A stretch of 64,000 nucleotides of DNA from Allofournierella sp. (GCF_048388525.1 NZ_DBGCTQ010000092.1:442-64441); one strand, 5' to 3'. Shown: positions 27,474 to 37,357, numbered from the stretch's first letter. A program made the numbers and translations. Notes: generated from the letters alone by a model not told the origin.

Positions 27474-27516
27474 CGATACCGCTTCGATACCGCCGGCTTT
27501 GCTTTTGGTGTATCAT
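27474..27516 (+). promoter_or_regulatory. direct repeat CGATACCGC (x2, 11-bp period) plus a TATCAT -10 upstream of the ABC ATPase gene
   Basis: Repeats at 27474..27482 and 27485..27493. TATCAT is at 27511..27516, 17 nt after repeat 2. Confidence 0.35.
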
Positions 27517-27543
27517 GGAGTCATAAGCAAAGGAGGCTGCAAT

Positions 27544-28302
27544 ATGCTGCAGGTACAGAACGTCGAGAAATACTACGGAAACAGAAATAACGTGACAAAA
27601 GCGCTGGATCGGATCAGCTTTGAGGTGCAGGACGGGGAGTTTATCGCCATTATGGGCGCCTCGGGCAGCGGCAAGACCACGCTGCTGAACTGCATTTCCA
27701 CCATCGACTCGCCCAGCGCAGGGAATATTTTGCTGAACGGCGAAAACATTGCCGAACTGCCCCCCAAGGAGCTGGCGCGTTTTCGCCGTGAGAAGCTGGG
27801 GTTTGTGTTTCAGGATTTCAATTTGCTGGACACCCTGACCCTGGAAGAAAACATCGGCCTTGCGCTCACCATCAACCACGCCGACCCCGGCACGGTGCAG
27901 AGCAGGGTGCGGAAGGTGGCAGGGCAGCTGGGCATCGGGGAAGTGCTGGAAAAGTTCCCCTACCAGGTCTCGGGCGGCCAAAAGCAGCGGGCGGCCTGCG
28001 CCCGGGCGATGGTGGCCGGCCAGTCGATGATTTTGGCGGATGAGCCCACCGGGGCGCTGGACTCGAAGGCGTCGAAAAACCTGCTGGAGATCATGACAAG
28101 CATGAACCGGGAGATGGGCGCCACCATTTTGATGGTGACCCACGACGCCTACAGTGCCAGCTATGCCTCCCGGGTGCTGTTTCTCAAGGACGGGCGTTTG
28201 TTCAACGAGCTGATCCGCGGGGAGCGCACGCGGCCTGTGATCTACCACGAGATCCTGGACGTGCTGGCGCTGTTGGGGGGTGACGTGAGTGACGTTATCT
28301 GA
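27544..28302 (+). CDS. ABC transporter ATP-binding protein (BceA/MacB-type)
   Basis: ATG at 27544 after AGGAGG. Walker A GASGSGKTTLLN, signature VSGGQKQRAACARA, Walker B ILADEPTGALD. Confidence 0.9.
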   Translation: MLQVQNVEKYYGNRNNVTKALDRISFEVQDGEFIAIMGASGSGKTTLLNCISTIDSPSAGNILLNGENIAELPPKELARFRREKLGFVFQDFNLLDTLTLEENIGLALTINHADPGTVQSRVRKVAGQLGIGEVLEKFPYQVSGGQKQRAACARAMVAGQSMILADEPTGALDSKASKNLLEIMTSMNREMGATILMVTHDAYSASYASRVLFLKDGRLFNELIRGERTRPVIYHEILDVLALLGGDVSDVI

Positions 28303-30238
28303 GCTTTCCATGCGCAACGCCCGGCGCCAGGCGCGGGATTATCTGGTCTACTTTGTGACCATTGTGATGGCGGCGGCGCTGATGTATGCCTTCAACGGCC
28401 TGGTCTTCTCGCAGGAGATCCGCGAGCTGTCCACCCTGATGGAAAGCCTGCCGCTGGTGATCGTGCTGGCCAGCGCGGTGGTGGTGTGCATCATCGGCTG
28501 GCTGGTGCACTACACCACCGGCTTTATGCTGGCGCGGCGCAGCCGGGAACTGGGCACTTATGTGCTGATCGGCCTGGAAAACGGGCAGGTGGCCCGGCTT
28601 TTCTTTCTGGAGAACCTGGCCGTGGGCGGGGTCGCCCTGGTGCTGGGAACGCTGCTGGGCAACCTGATCTTCCAGGCGCTGCGGGCCGTGCTGCTGGCCT
28701 TGTTCCACACGCCCTATACCTTCCGCTTCGCTTTTTCGCTGCCGGCGGTGGGGCTGACATTGCTGTATTTTGCGCTGATCTATCTGTTTGCGCTGTTGAA
28801 AAGCCGCGGCCGGATCCGCAAAATGAAGATCTGCGAGCTTTTGCAGTACGACCGGAAGAACGAGCGGGAGATACTGACCAAAAGCCGCAGCCGCAAAAAG
28901 ATCTTTACCGGCTCCATCGTGTGCGGCGTGGCGGGCACCGCGCTGCTGCTCTTGCGCAGCCTGCCCACGGGCATCCTGGGCGCGGCGCTCATCATTGTGT
29001 TCCTGTTCGGCTTTTTCATCAGCTTTTCCTCCGGGGTGCCCGCCTACTTTGAAAAGCGGGCGGAAAAAAAGTATGCGGGGAACACCCTGCTGATCTTCCG
29101 CACCCTCTCGGCAAAGCTGGCCACCATGGGGGTGGTGATGGCCACCATCGCCCTGCTGTTCACGGCCACGCTTTTGAGCGAGGGCACGGGGCTGCTGTTC
29201 CACACCATGTTCCAGAGCAGGAATGAGCAGACCACCTGTTATGACCTGTTCATCGGCTCCACCGCCGACGAGGAGGGGTATTTTGACGAGTATCTGGCTT
29301 GCATCGACGAAAACGTTCCGGTGCGCGAAGCCAGGCTCTACCAGGTCTACCAGGGGGAAAACCTGCAGGTGGCCGATTTTGTTGCCGCGAACGCCGAGTA
29401 CTGGAGCGATTTTGAATACGATACCCTGATGAAAGCCAGCGATTACGCGGCCCTGCGGGCCATGCTGGGCTACCCGGAAGTGCCCGCGCCGGGCCCCGGG
29501 CAGTACCGAATCCACTGCATGGCATACCTGGAAAAGCTGCTGCAGGGCTACGCCGAACCCGTGCAGGTGGGAGGCCGGACCCTCGCGCCGGCGGGCGTGT
29601 GCACCGAGAATTTTACCCAATCCCTTTGGGACGGCAACGGCCGTGGGTTCATCCTGGTGGTGCCGGACGAGGTGGCTGAGAGCCGGCCCGTGAGCCACAG
29701 GATCTATGCCGCCATGACCGCGGAGCCCGTGGCGCGGGAGGCCTACGACGGGCTGCGCGCCATCCGGGACGAAAGGGACAAGTCGATCGACGGCTACGAC
29801 ACGATCTTTACCAAGGCCGCCGTTGAGGCCGAGAACGCCTCCCAGTACGCCATACTGGTATTCCCGCTGTTTTATCTGGCGCTGGTGCTCACCATGGTGG
29901 CCGCCACCATTCTGACCATCCAGCAGCTCAGCGAGAGCGGGCGCTACCGCCGCCAGTTCGAGCTTTTGCAAAAGCTGGGCACGGACCGGTGCGAGATGAA
30001 GCGGACGCTGCGCCGGCAGTTCGCGATCTTTTACACCATGCCCTCCCTGCCCCCGGTGCTCATCACCATTCCCTTCATCCTGGCGCTGGGAAGCGCGTTT
30101 GACCCGGGCACGCTGGCCGGCCCGTGGCACCTTTTGGCCGTGCTGGGAACGACCCTTGGGCTGTTCTTTTTTATCTATCTGGTATATATCCTGATGGCGT
30201 ATATTACCCTGCAGCGCAATGTACTGCCTGAAGAATAA
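28289..30238 (+). CDS. FtsX-domain ABC permease (BceB-like, 10 TM with a large extracellular loop)
   Basis: 649 aa. The start overlaps the ATPase stop. LSMRNARRQARDYLVYFVT is typical of a BceB N-terminus. There is a soluble loop of about 200 aa between helices 7 and 8. Confidence 0.87.
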   Translation: MTLSELSMRNARRQARDYLVYFVTIVMAAALMYAFNGLVFSQEIRELSTLMESLPLVIVLASAVVVCIIGWLVHYTTGFMLARRSRELGTYVLIGLENGQVARLFFLENLAVGGVALVLGTLLGNLIFQALRAVLLALFHTPYTFRFAFSLPAVGLTLLYFALIYLFALLKSRGRIRKMKICELLQYDRKNEREILTKSRSRKKIFTGSIVCGVAGTALLLLRSLPTGILGAALIIVFLFGFFISFSSGVPAYFEKRAEKKYAGNTLLIFRTLSAKLATMGVVMATIALLFTATLLSEGTGLLFHTMFQSRNEQTTCYDLFIGSTADEEGYFDEYLACIDENVPVREARLYQVYQGENLQVADFVAANAEYWSDFEYDTLMKASDYAALRAMLGYPEVPAPGPGQYRIHCMAYLEKLLQGYAEPVQVGGRTLAPAGVCTENFTQSLWDGNGRGFILVVPDEVAESRPVSHRIYAAMTAEPVAREAYDGLRAIRDERDKSIDGYDTIFTKAAVEAENASQYAILVFPLFYLALVLTMVAATILTIQQLSESGRYRRQFELLQKLGTDRCEMKRTLRRQFAIFYTMPSLPPVLITIPFILALGSAFDPGTLAGPWHLLAVLGTTLGLFFFIYLVYILMAYITLQRNVLPEE

Positions 30239-30266
30239 GAAAAAGGCGCGGAGAGACTGCACACAC

Positions 30267-30308
30267 AAACGGAAGGCCGGCCCCTGAAAAGGGGCCGGCC
30301 TTCCGTTT
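30267..30308. terminator. bidirectional terminator between the Bce-like and YesN-like genes
   Basis: AAACGGAAGGCCGGCCCC-TGAAAA-GGGGCCGGCCTTCCGTTT, an 18-bp stem. Confidence 0.7.
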
Positions 30309-30337
30309 GTGATAGAAAAAGCGGAGAGGGGAAGCGT

Positions 30338-31723
30338 TCAGGGCAGGTATTTGCCGGGGGTCACGCCCACTTCCTTTTTGAACTTTTTGATGAAGTAGAA
30401 ATAATCGTTGAAGCCCACCGCTTCGCTGATCTCGGCAAGGCTGAGGGAGGTGGTCTTGAGTAGCTCTTTGGCCTTGTTGATGCGCAATTCGGTGACGTAT
30501 TGGGTATAGGTGAGGCCGGTTTCGCCGCGGATGAGCTGGCTGACGTAAGAGGCGTTCAGATGAAAGTGTTCCGCGATTTTTTTCAGCGAGAGATCCTTCT
30601 CGTAATTTTCCTCGAGATACCGCAGGATGGGCAGAAAGCTGCCGGAGGCACCGGAGGGGGCCGGTTCCGCGCGGGGCAGCGCCGCGGGGGAGATCTCGGC
30701 CGCAAGACTTTGCAGCAGGCAGGAGAGGTTTTCGTGGTCGGCCGCCAGCTGTTCAAAGCCGTAGAGCATGCGCTCGCCGTGCTCGGCCGCGCCGCCGAAG
30801 GCGGGGCAGGCGGCCACCCGGTTGCAGAAAACGAACGCAGACTGGATGTTGAAAATCAGGCTGCAATCGGCATGGGCAAGCTCTTCCAGCAGGGCTTTGA
30901 GCTGCCCCGGGTGCTGGGAAGCGCTTTCAAGCCGGGCAAAAGCCTCGGCCGCCAGGGGGCCGGCGACCAGGGCGCCGCACAGAGTGGGGCGCCCGCTGAC
31001 AAAAAACTGAAAGGCCATGGCCAGCGCATTTTCCACCGCGCCGTTCAGGCGCTCAAACCCGCAGGGCTCCGGAAGCATGCCGATCCCGCCGCGCCCCTCG
31101 GCATAGGCGATGATGCGCTCGGCGGCTGCCTGGTCGAAGGGGCGGGAGGAAAAATAGAGGTACTTGTGCTTGCCGAGCTTGTAGCTCAGCTGGGCGGCAA
31201 GCGGTTTTTCGATGTTGTGCACCCCCACCGAGGCGGCCACATGGATCCCGGCAGAGCAGAGCCCCAGCTCACGGAACGCGGCGCGGATCTCGTGCGGGGC
31301 ACCGTCCTCGATCAGGTCCAGCAGCGCGTCGCCGTCCGAAGCTTTGCTTTGCAGCGCGCTGCGCACCGCGGCACGCAAAAGGCCGATCAGGTCGCCGGTG
31401 TCGATGGGCTTTAAACAGTAGCCCAGCACCTGGAGCTCAATGGCCTTTTTGGCATAGGCGAAATCCTGGTAGCCGCTGAGAATGATAAGCTGGGTGCGGG
31501 GGTTTTGTTCGCGCAGCTTTTGGCAGAGGGCCAGGCCGTCCATGCCGGGCATGCGGATATCGGTGATGACCACGTCCACCGGAAGGCGGCGGGCAAGGCT
31601 GAGGGCCTCGGCCCCGGTTTGAGCGGTGCCCGCAATCTCGAGCCCCAGCTGCAGCCAGGGAATCGCCGTTTGCAGGTGGCGCAGCACCTTGGCCTCGTCG
31701 TCGGCAAGCAATACTTTCAGCAT
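30338..31723 (-). CDS. response regulator with an AraC-type HTH output (YesN-like)
   Basis: The receiver is MLKVLLADDE...VITDIRMPGMDG. The C-terminus has LSLKKIAEHFHLNASYVSQLIRGETGLTYTQYV... (AraC HTH). Confidence 0.87.
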   Translation of the reverse strand: MLKVLLADDEAKVLRHLQTAIPWLQLGLEIAGTAQTGAEALSLARRLPVDVVITDIRMPGMDGLALCQKLREQNPRTQLIILSGYQDFAYAKKAIELQVLGYCLKPIDTGDLIGLLRAAVRSALQSKASDGDALLDLIEDGAPHEIRAAFRELGLCSAGIHVAASVGVHNIEKPLAAQLSYKLGKHKYLYFSSRPFDQAAAERIIAYAEGRGGIGMLPEPCGFERLNGAVENALAMAFQFFVSGRPTLCGALVAGPLAAEAFARLESASQHPGQLKALLEELAHADCSLIFNIQSAFVFCNRVAACPAFGGAAEHGERMLYGFEQLAADHENLSCLLQSLAAEISPAALPRAEPAPSGASGSFLPILRYLEENYEKDLSLKKIAEHFHLNASYVSQLIRGETGLTYTQYVTELRINKAKELLKTTSLSLAEISEAVGFNDYFYFIKKFKKEVGVTPGKYLP

Positions 31724-33504
31724 GGTGGTTCCTCCTTTTCCGGCAGGGCCGCGGGCAGGGTGAGGATCTGCCGCGTACCCCCGCCCGGTCCGCTCTCGAT
31801 CTGCAGCCCGTAGCCCGCGCCATAGCGAAGCCGAACCCGGCAGGCCACGTTCAAAAGGCCGATGTGATCGCCCTGGGCGCCGGCGGGCGGGCTTTGCAGG
31901 AGCGCCTGCAGCCGGGCCAGCTCGGCCGGGGGGATGCCCACGCCGTCGTCGTATACGCTTACCACCAGGGCGGCCCCCTGGATGCGGGCGCCGATGTACA
32001 GGGTGCCGGCACCGGCTTTTGGCTCGATGCCGTGGCGGACTGCATTTTCCACAAGCGGCTGCACCAACAGCTTCATGACCGGCACGGCCAGGGCGTTTTC
32101 ACGGGCGCTGCAGATCACGTTCAGCCGGTCGGCAAAGCGCAGCTGCTGCACCGTGAGGTAGGCTTTTACCGTTTCCAGTTCCTGGCCCAGCGGCACAATG
32201 GCGCCGCCCTTTACGTTGTACCGGAACAGCTTGCCCAGGGCGTTCACCGCGTCGCTGATCTCGCCGACGCCCCGCTCGGCGGCCAGGGCGTTGATGGATT
32301 CCAGTGCGTTGTACAAAAAGTGGGGGTTGATCTGGCTGCGCAGAAAATCCAGTTCGGCCTGCTTTTTGCCCAGCTCGGTTTCGTACAGGGTCACGGTGGT
32401 TTCGTGCAGCTCCTGGGAAAGCTGGGCCTGGCGCTGGAGCAGCTCGTAAAACGAGCGGTTGAGGTTCTGCACTTCCTCGCAGCCCTGCAGCGCAAGCGCC
32501 TGTTTGGGGGCGGCGGGGGGGCTGTTACGGATGCGCACGATGTAATCGGCCAGCTTTTGAAGCGGGGTGACCATGCTTTTGAGCAGAAAGCGCATGAGCA
32601 GCGCCAGCAAAAGGAACACCGCGGCGGAGATGGCAAGAAACACGGTGATGGCCCGGTTCACATCGCGGGTGAGCAGGGCCTGGTCCAGCGCGCTGATGAT
32701 GTACAGGTCGGTGCCCTCGATGCGGGTGGTGTATACGTCGTAGCCCTGGAGCTTTTGCAGGTAGGCGCCGCCTGCGGCGGGGCCGCCGTCATGCCATTGG
32801 GACAGGATCTCCCGGCACTGGGCCTGCGGGCAGTTGAAGGAAAAGGAAGCGCCGCTGGCGCTTTTCAGGATAAAGTATGTGCCCAGCGTTTCATCTGTGG
32901 GCAGGGTGACCGGGGATTTGCGCAGGTCCAGCGAAAGAAAGATTGTGCCCAGAAAGCGCCCGTAGGAGCGGTTGTTGTGCATGCCGTACATGTTGCGGGC
33001 AAAGACCAGGCGCACCTCGTCGTTTCTTTTCAGCGAGGTAAGGGGCGAGGGCTGCAGCCCGAAGCAGCGGGTGTCGTAGGTGTTTTCCATCTGGGCGCAG
33101 AAACCGCGCAGGGTGGCGGGGTCAAAGTAGTTGGACCAGCTGATCTCGGGCGAGACGAGGGCGATGTCGGCAATGTCCTCGTTCATGATGGAATAGGAGG
33201 AAAACTGAACCAGCAGGGAGTTGATGTATTCGGGCGTGTTCTCGGAATAGGGCGAGAGCAGCAGCCGCTCGATGTTGGGATCGAACATGAGATTTACAAA
33301 AATAGAGTCGGCCCGGCGCAGGATGTACTGGATCTCGGACTCAAAGCGGCCTGCGGTGTCCTGCGCGTAGGCGGCGGCGCTTTTGGTCATGAGCCGGTAG
33401 ATGAAGCCGTAGCAGATCACCGCGAGCACCAGGGTAAGGGTGAGCAGGCAATACAGCACCAGCTTGAACTGCTTGAGGATGGATTGCTGAAAGATTTTTT
33501 TCAT
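31717..33504 (-). CDS. sensor histidine kinase (YesM-like: two TM, HAMP, LytS/YesM-type H-box, HATPase)
   Basis: ATG at 33504 (MKKIFQQSILKQFKLVLYCLL...). FLRSQINPHFLYNALESI H-box. LVENAVRHG...DDGVGIP. The track ORF extends further upstream without support. Confidence 0.85.
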   Translation of the reverse strand: MKKIFQQSILKQFKLVLYCLLTLTLVLAVICYGFIYRLMTKSAAAYAQDTAGRFESEIQYILRRADSIFVNLMFDPNIERLLLSPYSENTPEYINSLLVQFSSYSIMNEDIADIALVSPEISWSNYFDPATLRGFCAQMENTYDTRCFGLQPSPLTSLKRNDEVRLVFARNMYGMHNNRSYGRFLGTIFLSLDLRKSPVTLPTDETLGTYFILKSASGASFSFNCPQAQCREILSQWHDGGPAAGGAYLQKLQGYDVYTTRIEGTDLYIISALDQALLTRDVNRAITVFLAISAAVFLLLALLMRFLLKSMVTPLQKLADYIVRIRNSPPAAPKQALALQGCEEVQNLNRSFYELLQRQAQLSQELHETTVTLYETELGKKQAELDFLRSQINPHFLYNALESINALAAERGVGEISDAVNALGKLFRYNVKGGAIVPLGQELETVKAYLTVQQLRFADRLNVICSARENALAVPVMKLLVQPLVENAVRHGIEPKAGAGTLYIGARIQGAALVVSVYDDGVGIPPAELARLQALLQSPPAGAQGDHIGLLNVACRVRLRYGAGYGLQIESGPGGGTRQILTLPAALPEKEEPPC

Positions 33505-33741
33505 GGGCACACCCCTTTCGCTCTGGTAAAAAGTATAACACAGGACTGAGGCCGGGAATATGGAAAAAGCCGGTCCGCCACCTAAAAATTCTCCATAAAT
33601 GCAGGAGAAATATAAGTTTTGAACATAAATTGTGCTCAAAATGAAAAATAAACAGGGAAAAGTGTTTGGTTTCGTCCATACCAATTCTGCGGCCGGGCAG
33701 GTATACTGCAATTGTGAGAACAACGAAAGGGCCGGGTCGCA

Positions 33742-34683
33742 ATGAGAGAACAGACACTGGAAAGAAAGCTGCGCCGCGCACAGCTGTGGAAGCGGATCAA
33801 AAACGATCGACTGCTGTATTTGATGCTGATCCCCATACTGGCGTGGTACCTGATCTTTTGTTATCTGCCCATGGGGGGCATTACCCTGGCGTTCCGCAAC
33901 TACCGCTACGACACCGGCCTGTGGCACAGCCCCTGGGTGGGCTTTGACCATTTTAAAACCATGTTCGGCGACGCGGAGTTCTGGCAGGCCTTCAAGAATA
34001 CCATTGTTTTCAGCCTAGGCAAGCTGGCGTTCCACTTTCCGGTGCCCATTATTGTGGCGATTTTGCTGAACGAGATCCGCCACCCGCGGGTGAAGAGGTT
34101 TTTTCAGACGGTGTTTACCTTTCCGCACTTTATCTCCTGGGTAGTGCTGTCCGGCATTTTAATCAACATGTTTGCCAGCAACGGCATTGTGAACCAGCTT
34201 TTGGGCACGCTGGGGCTGGAGCAGGTGGCGCCGCTGATGAGCCTGAGCTCCTTCCGGCCGTTCATCTGGGTGTCGAATATCTGGAAGGAGTTCGGCTGGG
34301 ACTCGATCATCTACATGGCGGCGCTCACCGGCATTGACCCCCAGCTTTACGAGGCGGCGGGCATCGACGGCGCGAACCGGCTGCAAAAAATGCTGCACAT
34401 CACCTGGCCGGGCATCCGCAGCACCGTGTGCATCATGCTGATCCTGCAGGTCGGCGGCATTATGAGCGGGGCCTCGTTTGACCAGGTGTTCAACCTTTAC
34501 AGCGCGCCGGTATACCCGGTGGCCGACACCATCGACACCTTTGTGTACCGCAAGTCGTTTATGCTGGGTACAAACTTTGGCTACACCACCGCGGTGGGGC
34601 TGCTGAAGTCGGTGATCGGGGTGGGCATGATCTGGGGCGCCAACAAAATCACCACCAAAATGGGCGAGGACGGGTTGTTCTGA
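33742..34683 (+). CDS. ABC sugar transporter permease (LplB/YesP-like)
   Basis: 313 aa with EAA loop EAAGIDGANRLQKMLHITWP. Divergent from the YesM-like kinase gene. Confidence 0.87.
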   Translation: MREQTLERKLRRAQLWKRIKNDRLLYLMLIPILAWYLIFCYLPMGGITLAFRNYRYDTGLWHSPWVGFDHFKTMFGDAEFWQAFKNTIVFSLGKLAFHFPVPIIVAILLNEIRHPRVKRFFQTVFTFPHFISWVVLSGILINMFASNGIVNQLLGTLGLEQVAPLMSLSSFRPFIWVSNIWKEFGWDSIIYMAALTGIDPQLYEAAGIDGANRLQKMLHITWPGIRSTVCIMLILQVGGIMSGASFDQVFNLYSAPVYPVADTIDTFVYRKSFMLGTNFGYTTAVGLLKSVIGVGMIWGANKITTKMGEDGLF

Positions 34684-34702
34684 AAGGAGGCCGCAAAGAT
34701 CC

Positions 34703-35581
34703 ATGATAAAAAAGAAGAAAAAGCTTTCGGCCTTTGAGGTCGTGTTATACGCGGTGTTTGGGGTGCTGGCCCTTGTGACCCTGTACCCGTTTTACAACGT
34801 GCTGATCGTGTCGCTTTCCAACACGGTAACCAGCGCCCGGTATTCCCCCTACTTATACCCCCATGTGCTCGACTTTACCGGCTACAAGGCCATTGTGAAA
34901 GACATGTACTTTTTCAAATCGCTGGGCACCACCGTGTTCGTGACCGTTGTGGGCGTTGCGCTGAACATGACCTTTTCGGTGGTGGCCGCCTATGTGCTGA
35001 GCAAAAAGCGGCTGGCGGGGCGAAACTTCTTTTTAAGCATGATCCTGTTTACCATGCTGTTCTCGGGCGGGCTGATCCCCACCTACCTGGTGGTGTGCCA
35101 GCTGCATCTGGACAACACGGTGTGGTGCATGATCCTGCCCACCATGATCAGCACCTATTACCTGATTATTATGAAAAACTACTTCGCAAGCCTGCCCCCC
35201 AGCCTGGAGGAGGCGGCCCGCATTGACGGGGCCAACGAATTCACGGTGCTGGCGCGCATTTATGTGCCCATTTCGAAGCCTTTCATGGCCACCTTTGCGC
35301 TGTTTTACGCGGTGGAGCGGTGGAACGGCTGGTGGGAGGCCTTCCTTTACATCAACGACAAGAACATCAAGCCCCTGCAAATTTATCTGCGGGATGTGCT
35401 GGTGAGCTTTAATACCCAGCTGGGCAGCCAGGCGCAGTCCATGCTGAGCGGCACCAAAGTGTTCGTGCAGTCGGTGCAGATGGCAGCCATTATTGTGACC
35501 ATGGTGCCCATCATCTGCGTGTACCCCTTCCTGCAGAAATATTTTGTAAAAGGGGTAATGATCGGCTCGGTGAAGGAGTAA
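34703..35581 (+). CDS. ABC sugar transporter permease (LplC/YesQ-like)
   Basis: 292 aa with EAA loop EAARIDGANEFTVLARIYVP. Confidence 0.87.
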   Translation: MIKKKKKLSAFEVVLYAVFGVLALVTLYPFYNVLIVSLSNTVTSARYSPYLYPHVLDFTGYKAIVKDMYFFKSLGTTVFVTVVGVALNMTFSVVAAYVLSKKRLAGRNFFLSMILFTMLFSGGLIPTYLVVCQLHLDNTVWCMILPTMISTYYLIIMKNYFASLPPSLEEAARIDGANEFTVLARIYVPISKPFMATFALFYAVERWNGWWEAFLYINDKNIKPLQIYLRDVLVSFNTQLGSQAQSMLSGTKVFVQSVQMAAIIVTMVPIICVYPFLQKYFVKGVMIGSVKE

Positions 35582-35669
35582 CGCCCGGTGCGGGCGGTTT
35601 TCAACGGCTTTCGCCGCGCACACCAGCGCGGTGGTGTGATATACTGACCATAAGAAAAGGAGAAGAACC

Positions 35670-37283
35670 ATGAAAAAAGCAAATCGTTTTCTTGCGCTTG
35701 GCCTGAGCGTAGCCATGGCTGCCGGGCTGCTGGCCGGCTGCGGCGGCGCCGGCCCGACCCCCGCAGGGTCTGCGGCAGACCCTGCTTCCGGCACAGATGC
35801 CGGAAGCAAAGCGCCTGTTGAGGTGTCCATCGCCATTTGGGGCGTGGAGGAAGCACTTTCCAACCCGGACGACCCCGTGCTCAAGCAGATCGAGGAGAAG
35901 ACCGGCGTGAAGCTGGTGCCCCAGAACGTTACCTGGGACGACTCGGAACAAAAGATCCAGCTGTGGGCCACCAACGGCCAGCTGCCCGACATTTTTGCCG
36001 GCGACTTTGTGGCAAAATCCTTCTATGGCAACTGGATCGAGCAGGGCGTGATCCGCGCGCTGCCGGAGGATCTTTCGGCCTACCCCAACCTGGCCGAGCA
36101 CATGCAGATGGAGCGCGCCCAGGCCGCCGCCCGTGACGGCAAGCTGTACATGATCCCCCGCACCACCTACGGCGACATCAGCTACAGCGTGCTGGACCGC
36201 AACGTGGTGTATCGCTGGGACCTGGCCCAGGCCGCCGGCGTGACCAAGGAGCCCGAGACCTATGAGGAGTTTGCCGACATGATCAAACGGATCGTGGCCG
36301 CCGACCCCGAGGGCAAGCACATTTCCGGCATGACCCAGGCACTGCCCGAACTGATCGGCGGGTTTGTGTATCCGTATGCCGGCATCATCGACAAAAAATG
36401 GGTGGCCGACGCGAGCGGCAAATTTGCCCCCAGCTATTTTGCAGACCGGGACGCTTTGGTGAGCGCCATGCAGTTTGCCCGTGATATGTACACCGAGGGC
36501 GTGATCGAGAAAGACATCGCCCTGGCGAAGCTGGAAACCAGCAAGGAGAAGTACCTGCAGGGCCAAAGCGCCGCCATGGTGTTCGCCTGGTCCGGCCCCG
36601 CCGGCCTGGAGAGCAACATCGGCCGCGATTACGATGAGCTTTACGGCGCGGGCAGCTTTTTGGAAAACAACCGCATTGCCAAGCTGTATCCCTCGGCCGA
36701 CGGCAACCGCTACTACTTTGTGGACACCGAATCCTGGTCCGAGAGCTATATCTCCGCCAAGGTGGACGACGAAAAGATGGCCGCAATCTGCCGTTTGTTC
36801 GACTACCTGTACTCCGAAGAGGGGAGCCGCCTTGTGTTCTGTGGCTTTGAGGGCGAGGACTACGATGTGAAGGACGGCAAGGTGGTCATGCGCGAGGGCG
36901 TGAACCCCACCGAGAAGTATACCTACTGCAACTCGAACTCCAACCTGACCAGCCTGGCCATGTGGAACCCGGAATCCTGGGATACCAGCTTCCCCTCGGC
37001 CATTTCGCCCGCGTACCGCGCCCTGAACGAGGCGCGCCACGAAGACGCGGTGAAGAACGGCACCCTGCCCGCCTATTACGACGGCGTGCTGTTCCTTTCG
37101 ACCCCTCTGAAGGACGCTTTTACCTACAGCACCAACGACGACCTGCTGCAGATCATGATGGGCACCGACCCCGTGGAAAAGATGGTGGATGATCTGCTGG
37201 CCTCTTATGAGGGCAAGGGTCTGTCCGCCATGCTGGACGAGGTGAACGCCAAGGCCGCCGAGTTGGGGATCAAGGCGAAGTAA
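35670..37283 (+). CDS. large extracellular solute-binding lipoprotein (LplA-like)
   Basis: 537 aa with lipobox LLAGC-GG. Size and layout are typical of LplA/YesO-type oligosaccharide binders. Confidence 0.87.
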   Translation: MKKANRFLALGLSVAMAAGLLAGCGGAGPTPAGSAADPASGTDAGSKAPVEVSIAIWGVEEALSNPDDPVLKQIEEKTGVKLVPQNVTWDDSEQKIQLWATNGQLPDIFAGDFVAKSFYGNWIEQGVIRALPEDLSAYPNLAEHMQMERAQAAARDGKLYMIPRTTYGDISYSVLDRNVVYRWDLAQAAGVTKEPETYEEFADMIKRIVAADPEGKHISGMTQALPELIGGFVYPYAGIIDKKWVADASGKFAPSYFADRDALVSAMQFARDMYTEGVIEKDIALAKLETSKEKYLQGQSAAMVFAWSGPAGLESNIGRDYDELYGAGSFLENNRIAKLYPSADGNRYYFVDTESWSESYISAKVDDEKMAAICRLFDYLYSEEGSRLVFCGFEGEDYDVKDGKVVMREGVNPTEKYTYCNSNSNLTSLAMWNPESWDTSFPSAISPAYRALNEARHEDAVKNGTLPAYYDGVLFLSTPLKDAFTYSTNDDLLQIMMGTDPVEKMVDDLLASYEGKGLSAMLDEVNAKAAELGIKAK

Positions 37284-37324
37284 AAAGGATATCCTTTAAA
37301 AACCCGCCACTAAAAAAGAATGAG

Positions 37325-37357
37325 AGCGTGGGCAGGGCTGCCGGCCCTGCCCACGCT
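37325..37357 (+). terminator. intra-operon hairpin after the binding-protein gene
   Basis: AGCGTGGGCAGGG-CTGCCGG-CCCTGCCCACGCT followed by GTTTTAT. Confidence 0.5.

Noticed and set aside
28295-30268. 657-aa ORF antisense to the BceB-like permease.
   Set aside because: This is the same GC-driven antisense artefact. The sense strand encodes a protein with a coherent 10-helix topology.
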